A DNA stretch of 63,649 nucleotides, counting the filler, from Octopus bimaculoides (Eukaryota), in assembly GCF_001194135.2 (NCBI RefSeq). It is 6 parts of 6 records of this genome, joined end to end, with 100 filler letters (N's around TTAATTAATTAA, not from the genome) between each part and the next. Parts side by side here need not be neighbours in the genome. Positions count along the whole stretch, not along the records: positions 23,702 to 50,099 come from NC_068981.1; positions 50,200 to 52,426 come from NW_026420031.1; positions 52,527 to 59,449 come from NC_068986.1; positions 59,550 to 61,409 come from NW_026355054.1; positions 61,510 to 63,649 come from NW_026305767.1; 1 more part is not named here. One strand, 5' to 3'. The position numbers and the translations under genes are program-made. Under the pieces are notes generated by a model. That model was not told the DNA's origin and did no database searches. It saw only the letters and a list, made by a program, of their open reading frames with translations. Below, piece after piece: positions 48,796 to 62,009 of this stretch (positions are counted from its first letter, which is position 1; every line of letters starts with the position of its first letter).

Positions 48796-50017
48796 GCGGA
48801 AACTAGGTTCTTCAACAGTTTACCTCGTGTTTACGGCGCTCACCACTCTCTTTAATATACATCTAGACATAAAACCGACAGATTTAGGCGGTAAAGATTC
48901 ATGATCTTTTTTTTTATATATAATTTTGTCTTTCACTCAGATGCACTATATACTACCTGTTGTACTAATTTACAGATTCAGTCAACTAAACATCGCACTT
49001 TCAACTTTGAAGCTTAGTGGTACTGAAAGAAATCATTTCTCATTGCAAGAGCATACATAATAAAGGTAAGAACCCGTTGATCCAAATTCTTGTTGTGTTT
49101 TCGGCTCCTCAATAGTCTCTTGCGACCCCTTATTTTCATTGTGCGCTTACAGTGCATCTGAGTGAAAGACAAAATTTGCAGCGGAAGGATGTGAACTCTG
49201 ACCGTAAAAAAATGAAATTAAAATCATTGTTGCGTATTCAACCTAGCACTTTACTACTTTTGCCACTTTATTACTCTTATTCCCGTAAGAAATAATATTG
49301 TGATTTTCGTATGCAGAATGCCGACTGAGGCACTTACCCTCGAGCCTGTTGTTAACACCATGATATAACCCAGTTACTTGTCAGTGGACTAATGTTTCAG
49401 CTCCTATATACTGTACCGTCAGAACAACAGAGTTTATCGTAAGCAATCTGCATCTTATGATGCACGTAGGCGTTGTATGTTGTACAGGCGTTGTATGCTG
49501 TAAATACTACCAGTCTCCTGAGTATTTACTTGCCATACTTCAAGATGACAATGTGTGATAATGTCATTATGGAAACGTGACTGGTTTTAACCCTTGTTAA
49601 AAGGGTTTAAATCTTTTTTTTTAAAGAGAAATTTGTGATGTTCATGGCATTTTATCCAGGATATTGATAACGTAAGTAAAGTGTGAAGTAGTTGCAGCCC
49701 AAATTGAAATCGTGTTGAAGGACCCTATCAGCTTTGAAGGTTATTACCCCTTATTCTACGGCGCCCACTAGTAAATAATTAACTCAAATCAACCTCCTTT
49801 ATATTTCCTGACATTTGTATGCCTCACCGAATTTTAAACTACTTGGGAGGTGGGTAGAATACCCTTTAAATACTAAGCGGGTGCACCTGGTAAACTAGAT
49901 ACCAATTTAGGTATATGCTTGAAAGAAAATAAATTCAGTCACTCATATATATACAATAGAATTATACATGTTGATAACAAAAAAAAGATAAATAAATCAA
50001 TGAATGAGGGGACATAA

Positions 50018-50099
<82 letters not shown>

Positions 50100-50199
50100 N
50101 NNNNNNNNNNNNNNNNNNNNNNNNNNNNNNNNNNNNNNNNNNNTTAATTAATTAANNNNNNNNNNNNNNNNNNNNNNNNNNNNNNNNNNNNNNNNNNNN

Positions 50200-50545
50200 A
50201 TTTACAACATTATCATACATTTACAGCATTATCATATATTTACAACATTATCATACATTTACAGCATTATCATACATTTAGAACATTATTATACATGTAC
50301 TGCATTATTTTACATTTACATTATTATACATTTGCAACATTATTATACATTTACAACATTATTATACATTTACAACATTATCATACATTTGCAACATTAT
50401 TATACATTTACAACATTATTATACATTTACAACATTATCATACATTTACAACATTATTATACATTTACAACATTATCATACATTTACAACATTATTATAC
50501 ATTTACAACATTATTATACATTTACAACATTATTATGCATTTTGT
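50200..50545. repeat. 19-bp minisatellite (atttacaacattat[t/c]atac)n
   Basis: About 18 tandem units directly visible; the left end is hidden by a gap. Confidence 0.95.
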
Positions 50546-50689
50546 ACATTTCACAGAAGATTAATCACAGAACTAACTATACATAATGAATTTTGAAAAA
50601 AAATGTTATATTTCATCATTCAATGGTATTTCATGGATAGAAAAATAACTTCCACAATCAAGTGATTTCTACAATCGTTGCACTCTTGT

Positions 50690-50950
50690 GAGGATCCGTG
50701 AAGACAACGGATATTGACCTTTCTTACAGACGCAGTGAGCTGAAGAAAAAACTTTGAAAGCTATTGATCTTGAAACATCAGACAAAAATATTGAATAGGT
50801 ACACATAGTTTACCTCTTCATGCCTTAATTAGTCTCAGACGAAGGGCATGGACCCAAAACGTTATATAATATTTCACTCCTAACAACCTAAGTAAAATAC
50901 TGAATGAACAACGCTTTTTAATTGTGTTTTCACTCGTCTGTTGGTACGTC
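50690..50950 (+). mobile_element. Possible PLE terminal-repeat fragment with decayed hammerhead-like motif
   Basis: CAGACGA-A-GGG-catgga-CCC-AAAAC-GTT at 50836-50863, two core substitutions from CTGANGA..GAAACGT; stem I not recoverable. Confidence 0.35.
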
Positions 50951-51199
50951 TGCACGTAGAGGAGTCAACAGCGCAGCGTGCTGTTCACCAACTGCAGTTT
51001 TATGTGAGCGGGGATAAGAGCTGGGAATTATGATGGTTGAAAGCCGACACAGCTGGCCAAACCATTAAATGTTTAGATGGGATATGAATAGACTTGGTAA
51101 GGGTTTCCGACAAACAATGATGATGAGGCCATTGTGTAATATGCAACAGCTTAAGCGCTACAACACTCATGTGTACATATGTGTGTATATGCAGATGTA

Positions 51200-51260
<61 letters not shown>

Positions 51261-51543
51261 GAATACATATATGTATTTATGCGGATATGAATACATATAC
51301 ACATACTTACACACACAGACACAGACACACATACACACACACAGACACACACACACATACACACACACATACACACACACATGCACATATATTTCTACAC
51401 GCATACATACATGAATATGTATGCGTACACATATAGGTATTTGGGCATGTGTATACACATATTCATATATGCATATTTAGACATACACACACATGTATAG
51501 ATATATGCTTTCATATACGCATACACATGTACCTACCTGTATG

Positions 51544-51600
<57 letters not shown>

Positions 51601-51751
51601 ACATACACACACGCACATTTTTGTTAATATATATATATATATATTCATACATGTATGTGAGTGTGTTTGTGTGTGTTGTTTGTGTGCGTGAGTGTGTGTG
51701 TAAATGTGTGTATGTATGTGTGTGTGTGTGTACATATGGACACCAGTGTAG

Positions 51752-52020
51752 CTGGGTGGTTGGTTAAGAAGTTACCTTCGTAATCATGGGTTCTCGGGTT
51801 CGATCCGACTGCGTTGTGAGTTGGATGTCATTACCAAGAACTCGGGTCCAGCCATACGGAAACTGGACGGAATCCCTTCATATGCATTGTCACAGTTAAT
51901 ATAAATGACCAGCCTTGTCACATACTGCGTCAAGCTGACTCTCTTTAAGAATTACACTAAGTACACTTTTCTCTGCGGAATACTCGGCCAGTTCCCACGT
52001 TTATTCTATGAATTGGTGGT
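51752..52020 (+). mobile_element. Degenerate SINE (family B-like head, family C-like tail)
   Basis: ggtggttggttaagaag..gggttcgatccgactgcg, then cagccttgtcacatactgcgtca..tactcggccagttcccacgtt. Confidence 0.55.
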
Positions 52021-52526
52021 TCGGTCTGATCATATAATTCGATGTTTTTTCGTCGAAAGTAGGGGGAGAATCCATAATCTTCTTTTGAATCTATCTTCTC
52101 ATTTTTTCTCGTGATTTCTCTCGTTCCAACGCCCTGATGTGTAAAGTGAATAGACCATGTGCTCAGAGCACCGGGATTGCTAGGAGACACAAGGCGTGTT
52201 ATAAAAACTTGCCTAGACACGTGTTTCCACCGCAAGAAACTATAAGCAGCTCACATTTTTATACTGTGTACATTAGATGATATTTATCTCTCGCTCGATG
52301 GAGGTTTTTTTTTTTGTTGATCTAACCTAAACGGAACAGTAAACTATATATATACATATCTATGGCGAATTATTTCTATCTCGGCTTAAATATGTTGCGA
52401 CTTGTGGTGGTGGTGGTGGTGGTGGTNNNNNNNNNNNNNNNNNNNNNNNNNNNNNNNNNNNNNNNNNNNNTTAATTAATTAANNNNNNNNNNNNNNNNNN
52501 NNNNNNNNNNNNNNNNNNNNNNNNNN

Positions 52527-52822
52527 CCTAGTACTTAGTACTTATTCCATCGGTCTCTTTTGCCGAAACGCTAAGTTATCGGTTGTCAAGCGAAGTTGGG
52601 GGGGGGGACAAATACAGACACACAAACATATACTCATACATACATATATATATATATACGACGGGCTTCTTTCAGTTTCCGTCTATCAAATCCACTCACA
52701 ATGCTTTGGTCAGCCCGAGGCTATAGTAGAAGACACTTGCCCAAGGTGCCACGCAGTGGGAATGAACCCGAAACCATGTGGTTGGTAAGCAAGCTACTTA
52801 CCACACAGCCACTCCTGCGCCT
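52527..52822 (-). mobile_element. SINE family B
   Basis: ccacacagccactcctgcgcc is the reverse complement of the head; the core and microsatellite are present. Confidence 0.92.
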
Positions 52823-53055
52823 ATGGTGACATTAATAATGATGATTTTTCAGAGTTGGGAAAAATATCAGGGTATGAATTGTACAAGAGGTGAATGAATT
52901 CAATCAGTTAAAAACCCTTTCACTATAAATGAAACAAAGGGCTGCTGATGTCAATGTTGCAGTCAGCCAATGTTGTTGGCCGATCAAACCAGCAATAAAG
53001 ATGACAGGTGATTAACTTCCCGAAGCTACCACTGTCACCATTTGCAAAGGTTCTC

Positions 53056-53285
53056 TGACCGTTTTAACATTCAGATTATTCAATCTACTGTAATGCTTAT
53101 TTATCCACAATGTTTTGAATTTAATCATGGATTATCTCATAGCTTTGAGATTCCTATCGTGTTATTGTCTATTTTTAGCATGGCATTGTAGAGTATGTAT
53201 GAGAGGCCAGACCTGGCCAGTTTGAACAGAAAATAAATAAAATACTTGGGTCTGATATTTCCAGTAGGAACACCCAAAGGGTTAA
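53056..53285. mobile_element. piggyBac-like MITE
   Basis: Right end aaaggg-TTAA; left end decayed (ctgaccgttttaac). The interior resembles an abundant octopus MITE I recall. Confidence 0.5.
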
Positions 53286-53387
53286 GGTAATAAGAGGACC
53301 AAATTTAGCAATAAAGGAGCCTCAACGTGGTCTATCAGCATTTTGAAAATAGCACCTAAATCTCCCTCAAATCACATCGCACTATTT

Positions 53388-53570
53388 GGCCCGTAAAAAG
53401 CACCCACTACACTCTCGGAGCGGTTGGTGTTAGGAAGGGCATCCAGCTGTAGAAACACTGCCAGATCAGATTGGAGCCTGGTGCAGCCTCCTGGCTTCCC
53501 AGACCCCAGTTGAACCGTCCAACCCATGCCAGCACGGAAAACGGACGTTAAACAATGATGATGATGATGA
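53388..53570 (+). mobile_element. 3' portion of another retroposon (family D) with (GAT)n tail
   Basis: ..ttaggaagggcatccagctgtagaaac..ccatgccagcacggaaaacggacgttaaac(aatgat)(gat)n; single copy in the window. Confidence 0.6.
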
Positions 53571-54656
53571 CACAAACACACATCGGATAATTCATTATAG
53601 TTGCACTATGTTTTAGAGAGAGAGAGAGAGAGAAAACGAACAGGATGGTCATCTCCGACATGCCTTGCACCTAAGGTCCGTTTCAGATCAGGACTAATCT
53701 TAGGTTTAAACAGCAAAATATAAACAAGCAAACAAACCGTATTATCCCTCGACAGACAGGATATATTCCGGTACATGTGATACGACAAAAAGCGTGTACG
53801 CACAAATGTGTGTGTGTGTGTGTGTGTGATTGCGTGTGTTTGTTCGAGACACGTCTTGAGAGTCAGTTGATATGCATCACTACATTCCCCTTTCAATGCA
53901 CATGCACAAACAAGCAATATACTGCAACTGTTAATTCTAAGGGAAAAAAAAAAAAAAACAAGAAAAAAGTTCTGAAAAAAAGGGGGTGGGGGAGAAAGCC
54001 CAGGAATTAGCAAGCAGGTGGTGGCAACTGTTTGTGTTACTGTTGTGGTTGCTGGTACTTCTGTCAGAACATGTGATGGTGGTAAATATAGATGAATATA
54101 ATGGCGATAATGGTGATGATGATGATGATGGCGATGATGGATGGAGATGATGATGGTGGTGGTGGTGGTGAAGATGAGGTCGATGACGAAGACGATGGTG
54201 GTAATAGGTAGTGATGATGATGATGATGATTATGATGACTACGACGTTGTTGTTACAAGAAGTCTGTGCTGCAAGCTATTCACATCTGACAAGGAAGTTA
54301 ACAACAAACAAGAACAGGGAAAACACAGGCCAAAAGCAGGGAAGAGGGAAGAGGTGCCTGGTGGGGGTAGGTGGGAGCGGAGGAGGAGGAGTAAAAGACA
54401 GGGATACGAGAGAGAAAGAAAGGAAGAAAAAAAAAGAAGGGAGGAAAGAAAGAAGGAAGGATGGGAGGAAAGAAAGAATATGAACAAATACAAAATATAA
54501 ACATGAATAGANNNNNNNNNNNNNNNNNNNNNNNNNNNNNNNNNNNNNNNNNNNNNNNNNNNNNNNNNNNNNNNNNNNNNNNNNNNNNNNNNNNNNNNNN
54601 NNNNNNNNNNNNNNNNNNNNNNNNNNNNNNNNNNNNNNNNNNNNNNNNNNNNNNNN

Positions 54657-54688
<32 letters not shown>

Positions 54689-55039
54689 CACAAACTAATA
54701 TAGACACCTGTCAGTCTGTCAATAACAGAATGAATTCAGGAGATGGGGGGGGGGAGACAGAGGGGAAGGTAAAGAGAAGAAGTGAGAAAACACACACACA
54801 CACACATGTATGCATACTCATACATGTATAGAGAAATTGGTGTGTGATCTTCCCTCAGTCTGGAGTCAATCAATCATTGAATGATACAAAAAGTTACCAG
54901 AATCTAGGCAGACCTCCCCCCATGTCAATTACTGTTAGGTACAAAGACTTGTTTCACTCACTAAATGACCCCCCCCTCCCCGCGGGTCTACAGAACAGAG
55001 GGAAGAAACTCACTTCAATCCAAGCCGTACAGAGAGAAC

Positions 55040-55822
55040 TGCCTCGAAAATTGTAGTAATTGCTTCTCAACCACATGGTTCTGGTTTCAGACCCACTGCG
55101 TGGCACCTTGGGCAAGTGTCTTCTACAATAGCTTCAAGCCAAATAACGCCTTGTGAGTGGATTTGGTAAATGGAAACTGAAAGAAGCTTATCATATGTGT
55201 GTGTGTGTGTGTGTGTTTCCCTGTAACATAGGCAGTTTGGCATGAGAGACAAATACAATAAGCACCAGGTCTAAAGGGAAAAAAACACCTACTAGAGTTG
55301 ATTCGTTTGACAAAAAACAAAAAACAGGTCAAAGTGGGGCTCCAGCATGATCGTAGTTCAATGACTAAGACAAGTAAAAGATAAGGGGAAATTGTTTTGT
55401 GAATGGTAAACCTCATCATTATTCACAGGCATGATGGTGTGGTTAAGAAGCTACTTTGTAACTGCATGGTTTCAGGTTCAAGCCCACTGCACAACACATG
55501 GGTAAGAGTCTTCTACTGAAGCATCAGGCTAACCAATACCTCGTGAGTGAATCTGGTAGAAGGAAACTGTGAAGAAGCTAAGCATAAATATATGCATATG
55601 CATCTATACATCTGTTTGTTGCCAACCACTGATCAATGACTGGTGTCAGTTTGTTTACATCCCTGTAACTTAGTAGTTTCAACAAAAGAGACAAACAGAA
55701 TAATTACCAGACTTAAAAAATATATATATGCACTGGGGTCGATTTGTTCAACTAAAACTCTTCAACAAATTGCCCCAGCATGGCCACAGTCCTATGGCCG
55801 AAACAAGTAAAAGATAAAAAGG
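55040..55822 (+). mobile_element. Two tandem degenerate SINE family B copies
   Basis: 55040-55385 and 55427-55822, each with the head, core (ttgggcaagtgtcttctac / ggtaagagtcttctac) and the 3' aaacaagtaaaaga. Confidence 0.85.
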
Positions 55823-55849
55823 ATATTTTAGATTTTATTTTAGATAATG

Positions 55850-56382
55850 CTAACATTGGTTTTAAATTTTGGCAGAAGGCCAGTAATTTCAGAGAAGCGG
55901 GTAAGTTGAATAGATCGACCCCCAGTAATCAACTGGTACTTATTTTATCAACCCTGAAAGGATGAAAGGCAATCTGAACACAGAACATAATGATGGACAG
56001 AATTTGAACATGGAATGTAAAGATGGGTGAAATGTTGCTGAGCACTTTGCCCAGCATGTTAACAATTCTGCCAGCTCCTCGCCTTAGTAGTAGTAGTAGC
56101 AGCAGCAGCAACGTTAATAATGTTGATGGTGATAATAAAAACAAGAATATTCATGATAATAATGGTTCTTAATTTTTGCACACAAAGACAGCAATTTCGA
56201 GGGATGGATAAAGTTGATTACATTTGACCCCAGTGATCAACTGGTAATTATTTTATCAATCCCAAAAGGATGAAAGGCAAAGCTGATCTCAGTAGAAATT
56301 GAACTCAATACACGAAGACAGATGAAATGCCACCAAGCATTTTGCCCAGCGTGCTAATGATTCAGCCAGCTCACTGCCTTCA
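55850..56382 (-). mobile_element. Two tandem SINE family A copies
   Basis: 55850-56085 and 56165-56382, separated by a (TAG/AAT)-rich spacer. Confidence 0.85.
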
Positions 56383-56879
56383 TAAAATGTTGACATTAAA
56401 AGATTATTAATTAATGCTAATTTAATCCAAAACTCGTGATGTTATGCAATTCAACAGTATACACAGCAGTTATTTATTTACATGTGTAAGTGGGAGGGGG
56501 GTAGGGATCAAACCGAAGAAGGAAATTTCAGAAGATACAAAAAAAAAACAAACAAGAAAGCTAGGCTCAAACTAGTACTTAAAACACATAGAGCCAAGTT
56601 TTAAAGTTTATTGAAGACTTTACCTGTTATATGAGGGCATGCTGACTGCCAAATAAGGAATTTCCCAGGTGTTGAAGAGTTATCTTCACAGCTACAATTC
56701 TGTTTAGCTTTTTTTTTTTTTTTTTTTTTTTTTTGTTATTGTTACTCTTCACCCTGAGATTAGGTGGTTGAACTCAGAAAATGTTACTTAGTTTTGTTTG
56801 AAATAAAGAACTTGATTAGTTTAATAAACCTAACTTAATTCCAGGCAAAGCAAAGTTATACTGCTAGTTAAATATAGGA

Positions 56880-57082
56880 TGACAAGCTAGCAGAATTGTT
56901 AGCCTGCTGGACAAACTGCTTAGTGGTATGTTACACATCACTAAGTTCTGAGTTTAAATTCTGCCAAAGTCAACTTTGCCTTTCATCCTTTTGGGGCTGA
57001 TAAATTAAGTACCTTTGCCCCAAATTTCAGAATTTGTGTCTATAGTAGGAAAGATTATTATCATTATTATTATCATTATTAA
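56880..57082 (+). mobile_element. SINE family A with (ATT)n tail
   Basis: gacaagctagcagaattgttagc..gtgtctatagtaggaaagattattatcatt. Confidence 0.85.
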
Positions 57083-57726
57083 ATATTATTATTTACAAGT
57101 AAAAAATCTAGGAGAGACAAAAATACAACAGGCTCACCCATAAGGATCCAAACCAGATATCCGTTGCATCTTAGGTGACTGTGCTCTATCCTTTGTACTG
57201 ACACCCACAAACATCTCATAATTCATATTCAAAATTTTAACCATTGTGTGTAACATTCAGAGTCAATATGCTTGAATATTGTTCTGATTAGAAACTGTAA
57301 TATTTGAATGTGTGTTAGTAGCGGAATAAGTTAATCTACTGGTGACTAAGCAGCTGCAAAATTATCTATTAGCCTCATGTGGCAGGAGATGAGGTCAGAT
57401 TGCAGTCATCAACAGCAAACAGTTTACATAGTGATAATCTGGCTTTGAAGAAGGGGTGGGGGTCATAGAATGTTTTTGGCTTAATGGGTAAGGTGAGCAC
57501 TTTCAGAGTCATCAAACTATGGCTATGTTGGAGAACCACACGGAAGAGTTTTAATTAAACAAATCAGTCCCAGGGCATTGAAAAAAAAGCCCTCTGGCAC
57601 TTACCCTATCTGTTTCTTTTGCCAAAACGCTAAGTTACAAGGATGTAAACAAACCAACAGTGATTGTCAAGCCAGGGAGGTGGGGTGGGTGATGGACTAA
57701 ATACATATACACATACAAATATATAT

Positions 57727-57965
57727 GTGGAGGCGTGTGGCTTAGTGGTTAGGGTGTCAGCATCATGATCGTAAGATTGTGGTTTCGATTCCTGGACCGG
57801 GCAACGCATTCTGTTCTTGAGCAAAACACTTCATTTCACGTTGCTTCAGTCCACTCAGCTGGCAAAAATGAGTAACGCTGTGATGGACTGGTGTCCTGTC
57901 CAGCTGGGGAACATATATGCCATTGAAACCTGGAAACCGGGCCCATAAACCTCGCTAGGCTTTAA
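57727..57965 (+). mobile_element. SINE family C (tRNA-like head)
   Basis: gtggaggcgtgtggcttagtggttagggtg (A box)..ggtttcgattcc (B box)..cagtccactcagctggcaaaaatgagt..gatggactggtgtcctgtccag. Confidence 0.85.
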
Positions 57966-58619
57966 AAGGACGTATTTATTTTTATTTTATACAAATATAT
58001 GGCACGTAAATAGCACCATTTGAGCATGNNNNNNNNNNNNNNNNNNNNNNNNNNNNNNNNNNNNNNNNNNNNNNNNNNNNNNNNNNNNNNNNNNNNNNNN
58101 NNNNNNNNNNNNNNNNNNNNNNNNNNNNNNNNNNNNNNNNNNNNNNNNNNNNNNNNNNNNNNNNNNNNNNNNNNNNNNNNNNNNNNNNNNNNNNNNNNNN
58201 NNNNNNNNNNNNNNNNNNNNNNNNNNNNNNNNNNNNNNNNNNNNNNNNNNNNNNNNNNNNNNNNNNNNNNNNNNNNNNNNNNNNNNNNNNNNNNNNNNNN
58301 NNNNNNNNNNNNNNNNNNNNNNNNNNNNNNNNNNNNNNNNNNNNNNNNNNNNNNNNNNNNNNNNNNNNNNNNNNNNNNNNNNNNNNNNNNNNNNNNNNNN
58401 NNNNNNNNNNNNNNNNNNNNNNNNNNNNNNNNNNNNNNNNNNNNNNNNNNNNNNNNNNNNNNNNNNNNNNNNNNNNNNNNNNNNNNNNNNNNNNNNNNNN
58501 NNNNNNNNNNNNNNNNNNNNNNNNNNNNNNNNNNNNNNNNNNNNNNNNNNNNNNNNNNNNNNNNNNNNNNNNNNNNNNNNNNNNNNNNNNNNNNNNNNNN
58601 NNNNNNNNNNNNNNNNNNA

Positions 58620-58840
58620 TATATATATACAGTTCAAATTTACAGAAAACAAAAGACAAAGACAAGTGAGGGAACAACATGTAGGTGAATTAGTTTGAAG
58701 CTCAGGAAGAATGAAGAAGTTTTTGACATTTCAAGCCTAGACTCTGACAGAAAGGATTGAGAGGTAAAAAAATGGAGAAAGAATGAAAAAAAAAAAAAGA
58801 GAGCAAAAATGTGTGGAGATTAATGGTTCAATATGATGAA
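58620..58840 (-). mobile_element. Penelope-like short repeat, copy 2 of the 16790-17014 family
   Basis: Collinear with copy 1; the minus strand reads cttt-CTGTC(--)AGAG-tctagg-CTT-GAAAT-GTC-aaaaac. Confidence 0.6.
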
Positions 58841-58849
58841 ATATACACA

Positions 58850-59040
58850 CACACACACACACACACACAATGGGCTTCCAAAGAGTTTCCATTTCCATCA
58901 ACTTATTTCACTCAGAAGGCATTGATCAGTCAGGAGCTATAGTTGAAGGCATTTGCTCTGAAGGTGCTGGCACAGTGGGGGACTGAACAAGGAACCACAT
59001 GGCTGCAAAGCGATCTTATTAACCACACAGCCACACATGC
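58850..59040 (-). mobile_element. SINE family B, 5' half, degenerate
   Basis: gggcttccaaagagtttcc..ggagctatagttgaaggcatttgc..aaccacacagccacacatgc. Confidence 0.75.
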
Positions 59041-59412
59041 ATCACAGTATATGAGCGATACCCAGTTTCAAATCCTGTGGAATATTCTGTTATCTTTTAT
59101 ATGTCCTAAACAAGCAAACAACCGAAACAACAACTGTTGCAAGCATTTCAAGGTTATTTTCTTTACCAAAAACAAAAAAAAGTGGGGTGGGGGGTAGTCA
59201 TGCAGGACCCAATGACAGCCCTCTCCATTTTAGCCCTATTCTCCACATGTTTGTTCAGCAACGCCCTTGCCCTTTTTCTCAATTTCTACTGCCTGTTGTT
59301 CGTAAATGTCTTGTATAATTTATATTTCAAATGATAACGATTGATGTATAGCTTGTTACTCTTTCTCTCTCTCTTCACATACAGACACCCTTACACACAC
59401 AGAGTTATACAA

Positions 59413-59449
<37 letters not shown>

Positions 59450-59685
59450 NNNNNNNNNNNNNNNNNNNNNNNNNNNNNNNNNNNNNNNNNNNNTTAATTA
59501 ATTAANNNNNNNNNNNNNNNNNNNNNNNNNNNNNNNNNNNNNNNNNNNNGTGGTTGGTAAGCAAGCTACTTACCACACAGCCACTCCTGCGCCTTGTATG
59601 TATATATATGAATCATTAAATATATATATTTATACATATAATCATATATATACACACATATACAGATAAATCTATATACATATAT

Positions 59686-59737
<52 letters not shown>

Positions 59738-60039
59738 GCGTGACAACAGAAAAAGAGGTTTGTATGACAAGGAGCGTGATATACGATATATTAACGTTTA
59801 AATCAATTCTGTTGCTTTTATACTGTTAAAATGTAAAAACTTCAATTGAAACGTACGTGACTTCGTCGACCGGTGTCAGATCAATCGTGCTAACGTTAAA
59901 ATACTCATCCTGAATCCTCAATTGTCCTTGTACAGCGAAATTATTCAAACGCATTTGAAGTCAAAATTGTCGATAACTGCCGAAGATCTTTTGTTGGCCA
60001 AAATTAGCTGTGTCACTAAATTTTAATTTTTATCTCGAA

Positions 60040-60399
60040 TCTTTTTTAAAACGGGGGCCACATTTTTCATTAATGTTTTACGTAGTGTTTTTGGTAACGA
60101 AAGACTTTCAAACTTCGTATACTTATCTATTTTGTGTTATAGAACAGAAAAATATTTTTGTATTCGAATTTATTTCATGTAAAAAATTGTCTTATTTCGA
60201 TAATTTCAACCAATCACTGACAAGTATTCAGTTGTTTATATTTACTCCTTTGGCTGATTAAGCCATAGCTTCGTTTTATTTGCTTTTTTCTTTTTAAATT
60301 TGCGGATCTTTTTTAAAACGGGGGTCACATTTTTCATTAATGTTTTGCGTAGTGTTTTTGGTACCGAAAGACTTTCAAACTTCGTATACTTATCTATTT
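60040..60399. repeat. Direct repeat of ~95 bp with ~267-bp period, running into a gap
   Basis: ttttaaaacggggg(c/t)cacatttttcattaatgtttt..cttcgtatacttatctattt at ~60043-60132 and ~60310-60399. Confidence 0.85.
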
Positions 60400-61049
60400 N
60401 NNNNNNNNNNNNNNNNNNNNNNNNNNNNNNNNNNNNNNNNNNNNNNNNNNNNNNNNNNNNNNNNNNNNNNNNNNNNNNNNNNNNNNNNNNNNNNNNNNNN
60501 NNNNNNNNNNNNNNNNNNNNNNNNNNNNNNNNNNNNNNNNNNNNNNNNNNNNNNNNNNNNNNNNNNNNNNNNNNNNNNNNNNNNNNNNNNNNNNNNNNNN
60601 NNNNNNNNNNNNNNNNNNNNNNNNNNNNNNNNNNNNNNNNNNNNNNNNNNNNNNNNNNNNNNNNNNNNNNNNNNNNNNNNNNNNNNNNNNNNNNNNNNNN
60701 NNNNNNNNNNNNNNNNNNNNNNNNNNNNNNNNNNNNNNNNNNNNNNNNNNNNNNNNNNNNNNNNNNNNNNNNNNNNNNNNNNNNNNNNNNNNNNNNNNNN
60801 NNNNNNNNNNNNNNNNNNNNNNNNNNNNNNNNNNNNNNNNNNNNNNNNNNNNNNNNNNNNNNNNNNNNNNNNNNNNNNNNNNNNNNNNNNNNNNNNNNNN
60901 NNNNNNNNNNNNNNNNNNNNNNNNNTTAAAAAAAGATCCTTTATCTCCTTTGATTTCAGTGTTTCTATCTGGGTTTTGCTTTTTTTTATAAATCGTTTTT
61001 AACGGTGTAAGAGAATGAGCACATAAAGGCTATAAATAATAATTTCAAA

Positions 61050-61288
61050 TTTTGGCACAAGGCCAGCGATTTCGGGGGAGGGGAAAAGTCGGTTACATCG
61101 ACCCCAATGTTCAACTGGTACTTATTTTATCGACCCCAGTGTTCAACTGGTACTTATCTTATCGACCCTGAAAGGGATGAAAGGTAAAGTGGACCTCGGC
61201 AGAATTTGAACTCAGAACGTAAAGACGGACGAAATGCCGCTAAGTATTTTGCCCGGCGTGCTAACGATTCTGCCAGCTCGCCGCCTTA
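61050..61288 (-). mobile_element. SINE family A with internal 32-bp tandem duplication
   Basis: atcgaccccaatgttcaactggtacttatttt / atcgaccccagtgttcaactggtacttatctt / atcgaccc at ~61097-61168. Confidence 0.92.
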
Positions 61289-61345
61289 CATAGATCCATA
61301 AATAATAGCGCGTAGAATTTTGGGTTAAAAAAATTAGATGACAAG

Positions 61346-61409
61346 GCGCAGGAGTGGCCGTGTGGTAAGAAACTTGCTTCCCAACCACATGGTTCCGGGT
61401 TCAGTCCCA
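61346..61409 (+). mobile_element. SINE family B head (a reverse-strand head also at 59550-59593)
   Basis: ggcgcaggagtggccgtgtggtaagaaacttgcttcccaaccacatggttccgggttcagtccca. Confidence 0.88.
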
Positions 61410-61918
61410 NNNNNNNNNNNNNNNNNNNNNNNNNNNNNNNNNNNNNNNNNNNNTTAATTAATTAANNNNNNNNNNNNNNNNNNNNNNNNNNNNNNNNNNN
61501 NNNNNNNNNTGTATGTATGTATGTATGTAGGCAGTTCAAGGAAATCATAGTTTTTTTCTTTTGTAAAAATTTTATGATCACAAGTTTCCAATAAAATGTC
61601 TGGTGAAGGCCACTTAAAAAATAAAACTGAAATTTAATATTTCCACTTTAAACCCTAATTCTAGAAGTTTGTATTATTAACCGAGTGTCACATGTTTCCT
61701 AATTGCATATGTCAACATCGCTGTACTCCTAATGCAGCATTACTTCTGATAAAGGCGTGTGTGGTGTACATGCGGTTTACACGTTAATGACAACCATACT
61801 TGGATGCATGGGAGTCTGAGTGAGTGTTGTGTGGAACTTCTCCTCACACGTGTTCATATGAATGAATGAATCAATCAATCAATGAATCAATCAATCTATC
61901 AAGCAATCTATCTATCTA

Positions 61919-62009
<91 letters not shown>

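Noticed and set aside
48941-49066. Acceptor/donor pair (tttcactcag| .. |gtaaga) as a coding exon
   Set aside because: All three frames contain stops.
49587-49610. TTAA-CCCTT..AAGGG-TTTAA as a minimal piggyBac remnant
   Set aside because: Only 24 bp; such a short imperfect palindrome can arise by chance in AT-rich DNA.
50295-50586. Repetitive HLQHYYTFTTLLYIYNIII ORFs
   Set aside because: Translation of the 19-bp minisatellite (three units = 57 nt).
57727-57800. tRNA gene calls from A/B-box motifs (also SINE A and SINE B heads)
   Set aside because: No complete cloverleaf or acceptor stem, and each continues into a multicopy SINE body.
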